In this document: piece by piece, positions 26,502-40,564 of the stretch
Numbering within the stretch: position 1 is the stretch's first letter
How the letters are laid out: every line of letters starts with the position of its first letter
Source of the DNA: Octopus vulgaris
Lineage: Eukaryota
DNA length: 64,000 nucleotides
Direction of reading: 5' to 3'
NCBI GenBank assembly: GCA_951406725.2
Contig: OX597836.1
Span: 50,096,001-50,160,000, forward strand
The notes under the pieces: generated by a model
What the model was told of the DNA's origin: nothing
Databases searched by the model: none
What the model saw: the letters and a program-made list of their open reading frames with translations, nothing else
Made by a program: the position numbers and the translations under genes

Positions 26502-26911
26502 ATATCCAGTACTGTTGCTGTAGTGTCCTTTAGAGAGACTTAGAAATAATAATATTTCTATTTTTGAAAACCAGTGGATGTATTCCACTGAAATTAGGTA
26601 AATAATCCTTCGAACAGATGGTCAGCAGTGATGCCTGCTGGGTTTGGCTACTCTGCATTGATAAAGGGCAAATACCCTGAAACATGTCTGCAGATGCCTG
26701 ACCAGCAAGGGGAAGCAGCTGACCTCTCCTGTTCGAAGGTTATAATGGACACAGGTTTGTGTGTCACATAACTAGCTAGAGGCGTTGGCCTCTTGGAGCT
26801 AATCAACGGCAGCTTTAGTCATATATTTCTGGACTGCCATATTAGCTGGCGATAACCGTTAATATCCAGTACCACTGCTGTAGTCTTCTTTAGAGAGACT
26901 TAGAAATAACA

Positions 26912-26915
<4 letters not shown>
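26502..26915 (+). mobile_element. Retrozyme-like element: 360-bp unit with ~54-bp terminal direct repeat, flanked by (TA)n
   Basis: Direct repeats at 26502-26555 and 26862-26915 (atatccagtac..gctgtagt..tttagagagacttagaaataa.aatat), with a central hammerhead motif. Confidence 0.7.
26652..26694 (+). ncRNA. Type I hammerhead ribozyme with degenerate core
   Basis: Stem I tctgca/tgcaga; core TTGATAA (canonical CTGATGA); stem II aggg-caaata-ccct; GAAAC-AT-GTC with palindromic minimal stem III (acatgt). Confidence 0.7.
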
Positions 26916-26950
<35 letters not shown>

Positions 26951-27551
26951 TATGTATAAAGCTCTTCTCAGTGCTGTAGCTTACACTGGTCTATGCAAAG
27001 CAATGGACAGACAACATATGTGTGTGCATGTGCATGTGTGCAGTGGTGCATTGGTGCATAGACACCATCATCATCATCATTTAACGTTCATGTTCCATGC
27101 TGGCATGGGTTGGACAGTTTAACAGGAACAGATATGTCCAAGGACTGCATTGTGCTCCTTGGCATGGTTTTTTACGACTGGATGACCTTCCTAATGCCAA
27201 CCACTTCATAGCATGGACAACCTGTTGTTCTCATCAAATCCCTAGGTATCAAATCCATTTAATATTTTGGAGAGCCACACCATCCCCTGGCGGCCAGATG
27301 CCATCACTAATTACATAATCTGATAAGATCTGGCGATTGGAGGAGTTCAAGTTTCAGATTGACTTTTCAAATGCAAACATAAATAGAATAAAGTAAAGAG
27401 GGGAAAAAATGACTTCAACTCTTTTAGTTATTCAAATACTGGTGAATGTAATAAATTAAAAGGCACCAACAGAGAAAGACTGTCCCCCAACGCAACAGAA
27501 CATGCTTCAACACACGAACTCACATAAAGAATCTTGCAAAAATGAAATATA

Positions 27552-27590
<39 letters not shown>

Positions 27591-27640
27591 TAGGAGAAAT
27601 GAGGTACTCATGTATATATACATACATACATACATACATC

Positions 27641-27688
<48 letters not shown>

Positions 27689-28778
27689 CATGTGTTTGTG
27701 TGTGTGTGTAATAACTGGCACTCTGTCGGTTACAACCACAAGTATTCTTGTTGATTTGATCAATGGAACAGCTTGCTAGTGAAATTCATGTGCAAGTGGC
27801 TGAGCGCTCCACGGTCATGTGTACCCTTACAACACTTCTCGTGGAGAACGAGTGTGACATACATATATCTGTATATATACATATACATATATATATGTGC
27901 ATGTATGTATACATGTGTGTGTGTGTGTGTGTGTGTGCATAATGCAATTCCTGTATTATATTTGGACAAGTTAAGACGGTTGGGTGCCAGACTTGTTGGA
28001 ATAATGGTAAGAATGCATATTCGGGGGGAGGGGGGTTAGTAGGAATATTGTTGGTGTCTCTCATAGTAGAGCATTCTCCGTTTTTTTTTTTTTGTTAGGG
28101 AGTGTTGTACTCCCTGGTGAATACTCATGGTTGACACTCCTTCTCTGACAGGGCATTGGACATGATTCTAAATCATCATCATCATCACCACCACCACCAC
28201 CATCATCATCATTGTCACCATTATCAATCATTAAAGTAGATATAATTTATGACTAATTGTAAGCCCATTGCCTCCCCCCCCCCCCTCGGGGTCCTTTTGG
28301 CAATGTCTACTCTGTTGCAGTGGTTTGAACAAAGCCTCCAATCTGAAGATAACTTACTTCCTTCCTCTCTGTTAGTCATAGAAATGGTCAGAGCTGCTGA
28401 CCTTCCTTGATTCTGACTAAGTTGTTAAGAGCAACAACAACAACAACAACATCAAATAATAATTGACAAACACCCCGGCAATAATTTTGAGAACATGTTA
28501 AAAAAAAACCTACAACAGATAACAGACCAACTACCACCGCCACCACCACTGCCAACACCACCGCCACCACCACTGCCACCACCACTGCCACCACCACTGC
28601 CAACACCACCATCATTATCATCAACTACAGCAACAGCAGTGTTAAACATCACCACCAGCAACACCAATATCAACTGTAAATACAAGTCTGTCCGACCATG
28701 ACAACCTCTAAAATCTTGAAAAAAAAAGAAAGTTTGGTAATTGAACCTAAGCATCAGATAACAACAAGATATTCTTAC

Positions 28779-28808
28779 CTGTAATAAGCTGGATATATAT
28801 AAACCCAT
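28779..28808 (-). CDS. Candidate first coding exon MGLYISSLLQ (N-myristoylation-type MGxxxS)
   Basis: Start context ggcaaaATGG; ten codons end at a consensus donor CAG|GTAAGA. Confidence 0.3.
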
Positions 28809-28969
28809 TTTGCCAGATTCAAATTAGGGTGTATAAAACGTATATTTATATACATCTATACATAAATGTGTATGTATATAAACGTGTATGTGTGTATGTT
28901 ATATGTGTATAAGCATATATATAGAAATATATGTATATATATGTGTGAGTGTGTGTGCATGTATGTATG

Positions 28970-29002
<33 letters not shown>

Positions 29003-29279
29003 ATATATATATGTATGTATGTATGTATATTATATATCTATATGTATGTATCTATTCATGTAAATGTATATATACTATGTATATAACATATATGTATTCG
29101 TGCTTTATGTGTGTATGTATCTTTGTATGTATGTGTCTATAAGATATGAATGTATATATGTATCTATATCTCTATGTGTGTGTGTGTGTGTTTGTGTGTG
29201 GTTTGAGGGTATATGTTGGATCATCGGCGATCCCGGTGCCTCGGTAACAGTCCATCTGCTGAATAACAGAACATCGAAA

Positions 29280-29330
29280 ATACTTTCCCCCCTGCGCTTG
29301 GTTTAAGGGAGATTGGTGGCGGGGAGAGGG
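29280..29330 (-). promoter_or_regulatory. Candidate Pol II core promoter (GC box, CCAAT, weak TATA-like)
   Basis: Minus strand reads ccccgcc-a-ccaat-ctcc-cttaaa in a CpG-containing non-repetitive island ~500 bp upstream of the MGLYIS exon. Confidence 0.3.
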
Positions 29331-29720
29331 GGGGCGAGGTGGAGTAGAGGTTAGAGAAGAGGAGGAGTAAGAGAATGGAGGAAGAAATAGAGAGGAAGTG
29401 AGAAAAAGGAGAGAGAAAGAGAGAGATGGGAAGAGAGATAGAGATAGATAGAGAGAGATATAGAAAGAGAGAATGGTATACCATGGAAAGAGGTTAGAAG
29501 ATAGACAAGATAAAAAAGGGACAATTTTAGTAATTTTATGACTATACATAATTTACGCATCTATATATACATGTACAAGTATGTATGTCTTTATGTGCGT
29601 GTGTGTTGTATATATGTGCATTTATATATATATGTATATATATACATATGTATGTATGTATGTGTATATTTATATTTATATATAAGTATGTATAATTATG
29701 TGTATATATATTATTATAAT

Positions 29721-29754
<34 letters not shown>

Positions 29755-29938
29755 TTATAAAAATATGTACACACACATATATATATATATATATACTTAT
29801 ATCTATCTATCTGTCCATAAACACACACATTCGTGTGTGTGTGTATGTGTATGAGTTTTGAATTGAAAACTTTTTCAAGGTCTGTAACTTTAGTATTTAA
29901 AATACTTATATAATAGACATGCACACACACACACACAT

Positions 29939-29971
<33 letters not shown>

Positions 29972-30396
29972 AACACACACACACACACGTACTTTCAAAC
30001 ATTCCGTTACAGAGGGCAAGCCGCCGCCTCCACCCCCTTCCACCAACCGCCAACAACAAGAAAACAACACCCGACTAAAATATGTTTGGGGTGTAAACAA
30101 TTATACGTTTGACATTTCGAGGCGGCTGAAGTTTCCAGCAACGGTTGGCCCTGTTTTTGTTGCTCTTCTACAAGTCCTTCACCACACCATTCCACCCCCA
30201 CCCACCTCCAACTCCTGATATTAAAGAGTTTTGAGGAAGCAGTGAAGCAAGAGGGGAATTAGGAGAATGGAATGAAATTCTGGAACAAGTCTTCAGCTTC
30301 ATATTAGGACGAGAATATTGTTTTGTGGATGTGTGTGTGTGTTGACACAAATGTGGATATATATAAAGAACAATATATTTGCAGAGGTATATATGT

Positions 30397-30428
<32 letters not shown>

Positions 30429-30456
30429 ATACATATATATATATATAGAGAGAGAG

Positions 30457-30487
<31 letters not shown>

Positions 30488-30730
30488 TCTAGATAGATTG
30501 ATAGATATAGATATATACATATTTATATATATGTATAGGTTTGAGTTTGTGTTTGTCCCACCCCATGCTACCATCACTTGACAACCGATGTTTGTGTGTT
30601 TATGTCCCTGTAACTTATCAGTTCAACGAAAGCATAAGTCCTGGGGTCAACTTGTTTGACTAAAGGTGGTGTTCCAGCATGGCCACAGTCAAAAAAAGAA
30701 TAAAAGAAAATAATATATATATATATACAT

Positions 30731-30773
<43 letters not shown>

Positions 30774-31151
30774 TATATATCTTTTATTTTATTTTACTTG
30801 TCTCAGGCTTTTGACTGTGGCCATGCTGGAGCACCACTTTCAAGGGTTTTCAATCAAATGAACTGACCCCAGGACATTTCTTAAGCCCAGTTATATATAA
30901 ATATACGACAGGCTTCTTTAAGTTTCCATCTACCAAATCCAGTCAAAAGGCTTTGGTCAACCCGAGGTTATATTTTGCCTGCAGTACTACTCAGTGGGAC
31001 TGAACCCAGAACCACATGGTTGGGAAGCAAGCTGCTTACCTCACAGCCACACCTATGTATATATATATATGTGTGTATGTATATATATGTATATATATAT
31101 ATATGTGTATATGTATATATATATGTGTGTATATATATATGTGTGTGTATG

Positions 31152-31196
<45 letters not shown>

Positions 31197-31356
31197 ATGT
31201 ACATATATGCTTATGTATATATATGTAACTAAATGTATATAACATATGCTGGTAACGATAGTGTTAATAGATATATTCTTATCTGTGTGTATGTGTGTAT
31301 GTGTGTGTGTCTATGCAGATGTGTAAATGTTTATATACACATTTATATACTTAGTG

Positions 31357-31685
31357 AGCCCCTTCGGTCATGAATGACCAAGGGATTGCACCTAGAAAGT
31401 TACCCTCTGAAGCACAAGTCTGGGTAAGGTTGTTTATGGAAGACCAGCAGTCACCCAGGCATACCAGTCTCCCCTCATCGTGATGTTATCCAAGGGAAAG
31501 GCAAAGGGGCCGATACAGCTTGGCACCTGTGACGTCGCAACTCATTTCTACAGCTGAGTGAACTGGAGCAACGTGAGATAAAGTGTCTTGCTCAGGAACA
31601 CAACACACAGCCCGGTCTAGGAATTGAACTCACAACCTCGTGATTGCGAGCCCAATGCTCAAACCACTGAGTCAGGCACCTTCAC
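31357..31685 (-). mobile_element. Near full-length tRNA-derived SINE, family D
   Basis: A/B boxes (tgactcagtgg, gagttcaattcc), core ccagttcactcagctgtagaaatgagttgcgacg, tail gtcattcatgaccgaagggg. Confidence 0.8.
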
Positions 31686-32786
31686 TATATATATGTATGT
31701 GTCTATGTGTGTGTGTGTACAAGGAACTCTGGTGAGGATCAAAATTCACAATATTCAGCAGCATTTCGTTGATGCATTCTAAGATTACAACAAGGCAAAG
31801 TCCCACCATTGTCAGGTAAATTTTAAACATATCAACAGGTAAATCAGAGATGGAAGGTGATCAGTTTGCTAATTAGTAGATTTGTATGTAGAGAGGAGGA
31901 GGAGGAGGAGGAGGTATAGTGGGGGTGGAGTTGGCTGTTGGAGTAAAAAAGGTGTAGAAAGGATGTTGTCCATTTGCTTGGATGTGGCATCTCAATAACT
32001 GTCAGACAAGTTAAAGCATTAGAGATCAATAACCAATCACATGGGAAGACTTCCCTCTCCTCTCACTGGTGGTCCCTCCTTCTTCTCCTCCACCTCATCA
32101 ATATCACCCCCACCACCCCAACCGCCACCATCAGGAAAATCACCACCACCATCATTAGCAGAAGTAGTATTAGTGGTGGGGGTCAGTGTCAGAGAGAAAC
32201 ATGTTCTTATCAAAATTCCTATTGAAATAGGAATCTTAGTTGAAAATAAGGGTCACTAATGAAAATAAAGCTTACTGGTGTCTGGGGTGGGGGAGGGGGC
32301 CAGTGTGTGTATGTGTGTGTTGTGAAATTCATTAGTTTTCAGATAATCTGACTAAAAGCCCTTCCACACCAAGAAATGGTTTTATTTCTCAGGAATGTCA
32401 CATGAGGGTCATTGACATTCTTTCGTTAATTGAATCACAATTAAACCAATTCATTTACAAATGACTGATTAAAATGAAGTCGTTAATTAAGAAAGGGATC
32501 CTGGTTAAAATCATCAACAAATTTGTTTTATTTATTTTCCAGCTTTTTTTCCTCGATGCGTAAATGAGATAAAATAATAAAATTCTATGAAACCCCTTCA
32601 ATCCCCTTCTTACAACATTTCGATTGAAAGTCCCTGGTTTCAATTAATTTTGGAAACAATCAAGAAGTTAATAAGAAAAAAACTTAACTGGTATTAAAAG
32701 GATTAATTTAAATTCAAGTTTATAAGAATAGATTTATTTTTACTACTACTACTACTACTACGACGACGACGACGACGACTACTATT

Positions 32787-32834
<48 letters not shown>

Positions 32835-32835
32835 C

Positions 32836-32865
<30 letters not shown>

Positions 32866-32866
<1 letters not shown>

Positions 32867-33105
32867 AGGTGGTGAGCTGGCAGAATCCTTCGCACCCAAG
32901 GCAAAATGCTTCGTGACATTTCATTCATCATTACGTTCTGAGTTCAAATTCCACTGAGATTGACTTTACCTTTTGTCTTTTCAGGGTTCATAAATTAAGT
33001 ACCAGTTATGTACTGGGGTTGATGCAATTGACTATCATCCTCCCCAAAATTTCAAGCATTGGGCCTATAGTAGAAAGGATTATTATTATTATTATTATTA
33101 TTATT
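32866..33105 (+). mobile_element. Family C SINE between (ATT)n tracts
   Basis: ggtggtgagctggcagaatc..gagttcaaattcc..aaattaagtaccag..gtagaaaggattattatt. Confidence 0.8.
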
Positions 33106-33751
33106 AATCGGAATCGAAATTGAACCAATCCTATGACTGGCACCCGGCAGTTGCCAGGACCGCTGGACTGACTCCTGTGCAGGTGGCAAGTGAAGAAACA
33201 CCATTTCGACCCTGTACTTGAGGAGATCCATTGAGTCAAGTACACCAACATCAAAATCAATGGAAACTGCAGTTGTGATCCCTGTGCCGGTGGCATGTAA
33301 AAAGCACCATCTGAACGTGGCCGATGCCAGCGCTGCCTAGACTGGCTTCCATGTCGGTGGCACGTAAAAAGCACTATCTGAATCGTGGCCGATGCCAGCA
33401 CTGCCTAGACTGGCTTCCGTGCTGGTGGCACGTAAAAAGCACTATCCGAATCATGGCCGATGCCAGCACTGCCTAGACTGGCTTCCGTGCTGGTGGCACG
33501 TAAAAAGCACTATCCAAATCGTGGCCGATGCCAGCGCCACCTAGACTGGCTTCTGTGCCGGTGGCACGTAAAAAGCACCCAATACACTCACGGAGTGGTT
33601 GGCATTAGGAAGGGCATCCAGCTGTAGAAACACTGCCAGATCAGACCGGAGCCTGGTGCAGCCTTCTGGCTTCCCAGATCCCCGGTTGAACCGTCCAACC
33701 CATGCTAGCATGGAGAATGGACGTTAAACGATGATGATGATGATGATGATG

Positions 33752-33752
<1 letters not shown>
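33106..33752 (+). mobile_element. RTE-family 3' UTR with internal ~68-bp tandem repeat (4 units plus a partial)
   Basis: Units start at 33286, 33353, 33421, 33489 and 33557; (GAT)n tail. Confidence 0.85.
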
Positions 33753-33806
<54 letters not shown>

Positions 33807-33807
<1 letters not shown>

Positions 33808-34420
33808 GGCAGTGAGCTGGCCATGGCGTTAGGATGCTGGGCAAAATCCTTGGCATCATTTTACCTGTGTCTTCCTTCTGAGTTCAAATACCACCAAGGC
33901 TGACTTTGCCCTTCATCATTTTGGGGTCGATAAAATAAGTACCAGTTGAATACTGGGGTCGATGTAATTGACTTTGCCCCCCCCTCCACAAAATTCCAGG
34001 CCTTGTGCTTAGAGTCAAAAGGATTATTATTAATGGCAATGAAGGGGACAATATGCCTTCTAAGCATTTTGTCTGTCTGTCTGAGTTCGAATTCCACTGA
34101 GGTCGAGTTTGTCTTTCATCCTTTCAGGGTCAGTAAAGTAAGTACCAGTTAAGTACTGGGGTCAATGTAACTGACATACCCACCTCTCTTAACGTTGCTG
34201 GCCTCGTGTCAAAATTCGAAACCAATGTTATTATTATTAAGGCAGAATCATTAGCATTCTGTACAAGATGCTTGGCAGTGTTTTGTCCATCTTTATGTTC
34301 TGACTTCAAATTCCACTGGGGTCAATGAAGTAAGTACTGATTGAGGACTGGGGTCGATATAATCAACTAGACCCCTCCCCACAAAATTTCAGGCCTTCTG
34401 CCTATTATACAAAATATTAT
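33807..34420 (+). mobile_element. Head-to-tail array of ~3 family C SINEs
   Basis: Repeated gagttcaaattcc..tttcatcc..aagtaccagtt..ctggggtc units with (ATT)n spacers. Similar copies at 36545-36945, 38270-38560, 39529-39720, 55350-55550 and 59255-59475 (minus). Confidence 0.75.
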
Positions 34421-34441
34421 TATTATTATTATTATTATTAT

Positions 34442-34505
<64 letters not shown>

Positions 34506-34528
34506 TGTAGTAGTAGTAACAGTAGTAA

Positions 34529-34732
34529 TCTCTCTATATATAAAGCTGAAGTTGTCTGTGTATGGCAGGTTTGGTAGCCTTCAACTAACACTATCTCTTC
34601 CGAGACCCTGCGGCGCAAGTTGGCCAAAATTAAGAGTACGATAGAAGAAGGCTTGCTCTTCCTTCTGTAGAAGAAAAAATTCAAATCGGACCGTGTTAAC
34701 ACTAAAAATTATTTTCATCAAAAAGGTGCTGT
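34529..34732 (+). mobile_element. Non-autonomous Helitron, 5' part
   Basis: Starts a|TCtctctatatataaa and shares ~100 bp (gagta.gatagaagaaggct..ttcaaatcggacc.tgttaacac) with the 60683-60947 copy. Confidence 0.65.
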
Positions 34733-36299
34733 TTAAAACACAAGATTCATATTTATGTAAGCAAAAAAGTTTTTAAAAACTGTGGATTTTAAATGAGAAG
34801 GGAGAACATTTGGAGGGCATGAGAATGAAGAGGTACGTATGGGATCAAATTTTGCTATTGAAATTTACCAATAAATACATTTCTGTTTCAATCCAGGCAC
34901 AGGTCATGGCTGTGAGGTTAAGAGGATTGTTTGACAAGCATAGGGTTTTAGGTTCAATCTTACCACATAGAATTATAAGCACTTATCTTCTATGACCTTC
35001 TGGTTAACCAATGCCTTCTGAACTTGATCATTGGAAACTGTTAGGAAGCCCTGTATGTAGATATCACTTGTTCATTCATGTGCTTTATGTCTGTTTTGTT
35101 TTTATGCTTTCATGGGTGTGAGGAATACATACTACTATGACATTGTTTACTTTTTGGTTTGTCAGATGCTTTTCCTGCCATTAACCCTTAACCTCTTTTC
35201 TTACCTCTTTTCTTACCTCTTTTTTTTTTGTCAAATGTTTATTTCTGTTTTTAATCAAAAGTGCAGCAGAAATGTCAGCAGCAAACTTCCATGTGAAACG
35301 CAATATGGAAGCATTCACACACACACGCATGCAAGCACGCACGCACACACACACATCCACACACACACACTCACACACACATCCACACACATACACACAC
35401 ACATTTACGCACACACATTCACACATACACACATTCACACACACACATTCACACACACACACACTTGCACACACACATCACACACACACGCACACACACA
35501 CATCCACACACACATGCACGCACGCACAACAAACATCTTTCGGTTTCCGTTTGCCCAAACTCCTCTCCCAGCTTTGCTCGGCCCAAACGCTTTACCATAT
35601 GACACTTGCTCAAAGCACTGCAGAATGGACTTGAACATGAAACCACACAATTGCAAGACGGACTCTTTAATCACACGTCCAAAATAAGCAAATATGTTTT
35701 GTAATGTGAAAGGTGTGTGAAGAGGGAATAAGAGGGGAAGGGGGGAGCAAGAGTGATAGAGAGATAGAGAGAGGGAGAGAGAGAGAAAAAGAGAGAGAGA
35801 GAGGAGAGGTGGCAGTGGTGGTGGCTGGGGATTAGCCTGGCAATTAGAGGAGCTTTATATAAATTCTTCAGTTGAAAGTCCACAACTTGATTGTATTAAA
35901 TCAAAAATATTTGCCATCGCTTTCTCTTCTCCCTCCTCCTACTCTCTCTCTCTCTCTTTCTATATATGTACATATATTTGATAAATATAATGGTTATAAA
36001 TTATAATGGTTATTGACAATTTGTCTATTTTTGGCATATTTGGCATTAGAATTTTTTTCTTTTGCCCTTGTTTTATAAGTTATGTACATATATATATGTA
36101 TGTATGTATGTACTATATATATATTAATAATAATAGTGATTGTTTCTTATTAAGAACAAGAGGGTTAATAGGACTGCAAGAGAAGTGCTCGAGTAAATGA
36201 GACGAGTAAAACAAACTTTGGTTGTAGAACAAATAAGAAATTTCATGTTTGAGAAAATTAAAATGTTCGAGATGTGATACGTGAGGTGGATGACCTTAA

Positions 36300-36528
36300 A
36301 ATCCACCAATCCCATTGCCCAACTGGTAGAGGGCTGTGAGCGCCTGATGACATTCTAGCGTGTCTGCAGATTCGGAGCCATGGAATACCTGATCTGCTGC
36401 TCAGAGGATGCTGGCAACAGACTGACAGCCTGACCATTGGAACATGTCCCTTCCACAAGAGTTTAAATAAGAGACGCTCCAACCTGGTCAAGAAGTAACC
36501 AGGACAAGGCACAATGGTCAGGCGATCA
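36300..36528 (-). mobile_element. Tx1/L1-clade LINE fragment (post-RT region)
   Basis: PCPGYFLTRLERLLFKLLWKGHVPMVRLSVCCQHPLSSRSGIPWL resembles the L1/Tx1 F.W.G...V......P...GGLG.P motif. Confidence 0.65.
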
Positions 36529-36950
36529 TGTCTGAATAATAATAATTCTTTCTACTATAGACACAAGGCCTGAAATTTGGGGGAAGGAGATAGTCGATTA
36601 CATTCACCCCCAGTACTCAACTGGTATTTAATTTATCAACTCTGAAAGGATGACAGACAAAGTCAACCTTGGTGGAATTTGAACTCAGAACATAAAAGTA
36701 AACAAAATACTGCTAACCATTTTGTCCACTTGCCACCTTAATAAACAAGGCCCAAAATTTATGGGGAGGGACCAGTTGATTATATCGACCCCAGTACTCA
36801 ACTGGTACTTGATTTATTGATCCCAAAAGAATGAAAGGCAAAGTCGACTTCAGCGGAATTTGAACTCAGAATGTAAAGACAGACGAAATACCATTAAGCA
36901 TTTCGCCCGACATGCTAGCATTTCTGCCAGCTCACTCCTTTTGCCATCTC

Positions 36951-37366
<416 letters not shown>

Positions 37367-37579
37367 TTTATATCATAAGTGCAGGAGTGGCTGTGTGGTT
37401 AGCAAGTTTGTTTCCCAGCCACATGGTTCTAAGTTCAATCCCACAGCATGTTTCCTTAGGCAAGTGTTTTCACATCTAAACCTGGCTGACTAAAAGCCTT
37501 GTGAGTGGATTTTGTAGACGGAAAGTGAAAGAAGCCTCCCCCCCCACACACATATATATATATATATATATATAATCCT

Positions 37580-38270
37580 TATTTAATGCCCGCTTTACAT
37601 GCTGGCATGAGGTGCACAGTTTGTCAGGGGCTGGTTAGGAGGCAGAAGACTGCACCAGGCTCCAGATGTCTGAGTTGGCATGGTTTCTATGGCTGGATGC
37701 CCCTCCTAACACCAACCACTTTACAGAGTGTATTGGATGCTTTTAACATGTCAGCAGCATGGGACCTTTTACGTGTCACTGGTACTAACCATGATCATGA
37801 TTTCACTTAGTTCGAAACACAAGAAATCTCACACATTGCCTCCATGAAATAACTAAAGACCATATTCCACCAACTTGTATCATATCTTCCTGGGTCTGCC
37901 TCTTCCGCAGGTTCCCTCCACACAGATTTTTTACACAGTTGTCCTTGTCCATATACATCACATGACCATACCAGCAAAGTTGTTTCTCTTGCACCATACC
38001 AGCACAGCATGTATTAGCTTCATTTCTGTCAAGCCTTTGCATCTCTTCCAAAGTCACAGCCCATGTTTCAATGCCATGTAGCATGGTTGTCCACACACGG
38101 CCATCATACACTCAGCCTTTCATTCTAAGGGAGAGGCCCTTTATTATCAACAAAGCTAGAATCTCTCTGAACTTTGCTCAGCCTATTCTCATTCTAGCAG
38201 CTATGTTTCCGGGACATACCTCCGCTTCTGCTATCTTGGTCATCGAAGTAACGGAAGCTGTTTACGACTC
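37580..38270 (-). mobile_element. Degraded RTE-clade LINE (ORF end plus 3' UTR)
   Basis: YDGRVWTTMLHGIETWAVTLEEMQRLDRNEAN..LCWYGHVMYMDKDNCVK, followed by the RTE 3' UTR block. Confidence 0.75.
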
Positions 38271-38555
38271 CAAATCAATACAACGACAGCAAACTCACCA
38301 GAACATCAGGGTTAGACCAACAATTCAACTCAGAATCGAATTGTTGGTGTAACCATGGTGATGATAATGGTTTGAAATTATGGCCCAAGGCCAGCAATTT
38401 CAGGGGATAGGGCAAGTTAGTTACACTGACCCCTAGGGTTACACTGCTACTTATTTTATGAATCCTGAAATGAGGAATTTGAACCCAGAACTTAGAGGCA
38501 AACGGAATGCCGGTCAGCATCTTTGTCCAGCATGCTTACCATTCTGCCAGCTCAC

Positions 38556-38587
<32 letters not shown>

Positions 38588-38768
38588 CAACAACAACAGC
38601 TGCAGCAGCAGCAGCAACAACAACAACACAACAACAACAACAATAATAATAATAATAATAATAATAACAATAATAGTAATAGTAATAATAATAATAATAG
38701 TAATAGTAATAATAATAATAATAATAATAGTAATAGTAATAGTAATAATAATAATAATAATAATAGTA

Positions 38769-38804
<36 letters not shown>

Positions 38805-38834
38805 GTAATAGTAATAATAATAATAATAATAATA

Positions 38835-39391
38835 GATGCCCTGATGCACTACCAGGCAGTGGCTCTCATGGCTTCTGATCTTAACTGATTGGAAGTGTTA
38901 TCATGTACATTGTTTTGTCTTGGTATAAAAGATGGGCTACAGCAAATATTCTGCTCAATACCACAGAATTGCTTGTCAGTTGTTTGACCTTAACCAGTTG
39001 AGCATGTCCCTTAGTGGCTGACGATATGTGCATCTCTGATCACGAGCAGAAGTAGTGGGGGAGCATCATGGCCATGTGTTGAGGGGGATTCTTTGGGGTT
39101 TGAATAATTCACCTCTGGAAACATGGGTGGTTTTTTCAACATCCTTAAACAACCCTTATTCAGGGACCTTTTGAGCGGGATGGGCTACTCAACCTGAAGA
39201 AAATTCTAACTGGGCCCCACCTGCAAGGTCATGTGCTGTTTATCTTGATATGAGATCACCATGTCGCGCACATATGGTTGTGATGCATGTGCCTGGTGTG
39301 CCTTTATCAGACGGGTAGTCATGATGGGTATATTGGGCTTCGTATATTTTACCCCAGTGTCACTTTGATGGCATGAACTGCTCTCTCACTC
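38835..39391 (+). mobile_element. Non-coding 3' end of a retroelement in (AAT)n (family E)
   Basis: A second copy at ~41289-41621 has the identical right end ctctctcactc-(aat)n but a different left end, consistent with 5' truncation. Confidence 0.7.
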
Positions 39392-39410
39392 AATAATAAT
39401 AGTAATAGTA

Positions 39411-39470
<60 letters not shown>

Positions 39471-39485
39471 GCAATAGTAATAGTA

Positions 39486-39529
<44 letters not shown>

Positions 39530-40311
39530 CCTTTCTACTCAAGGCACAAGGCCTGAAATTTGGGGGAGGTCAATAGTCAATTACATGGAACCCAATATTC
39601 AACTGGTATTTATTTTTATCAATTCCAAAAAGATTAAAGCAAAGTCGACCTTGGCAGAACTTGAACTCAGAGCTAAACGTTTCACCCGGCATGCTAACAA
39701 TTCTGCCAGCCTGCCGCTTTAATAATAATAATAATAATAATAACAACAACAACAACAACAACAACAACAATAATAATAATAACAATAATAAATAATTGTT
39801 TCTAATTTAGGCACAAAGTTATACTCAGCAGGATTTGAACTCAGATCCTAAAGATCCAGAGGAAATGCAGAAAAGCATTTTGTTTCATGCTTTAAATAAA
39901 GATGTTGATGATGATGATGGGGGGGGGGATGACAATGATAATATTAAGTTGATAAATAAATAGTTTTAGAAGAGATAAAGGTTGGAAGCCTGGCCACGGA
40001 AATAGATTGTTCCTGCAGAAGCAGCAACATTCTCCGTGATTAGCCAAGCAATTCTTAAATAAAAATACATAAATAAATAACCCCATTTATGGAACCAGCA
40101 TAACAGCTATCTAGCAAGATTTCTTCCTCCACCTAGTGCCAGATGGGAGGACTCATCTGCCGCAATGAAGAAATTCAAGCGTTGAGGTAGAAAAAAAGAT
40201 TAGTTTGGACAGTTTATTCAAAACACAAAGAATTACACAACAATAGATTGGAGCCAAGGGCAGAGTAACAGGGGGGGGGCTACACAGCACAATTATTATA
40301 TTAAATACAAC

Positions 40312-40475
40312 AGGTGTAGGAGTGGCTGTGTGGTAAGTAGCTTGTTTACCGACCACATGGTTCCGGGTTCAGTCCCACTGCGTAGCACCTTGGGCAAGTG
40401 TCTTCTACTATAGGCTCAGGCCGACCAAAGCCTTGTGAGTGGATTTGGTAGACGGAAACTGAAAAGAAGCCCGTC

Positions 40476-40564
<89 letters not shown>

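Noticed and set aside
39250-39391. Possible HDV-like or hammerhead fold at the end of family E (minus-strand gactacccgtctgataa)
   Set aside because: Could not form P1/P1.1 or a GAAA core, and truncation polarity suggests this is the element's 3' end on plus.
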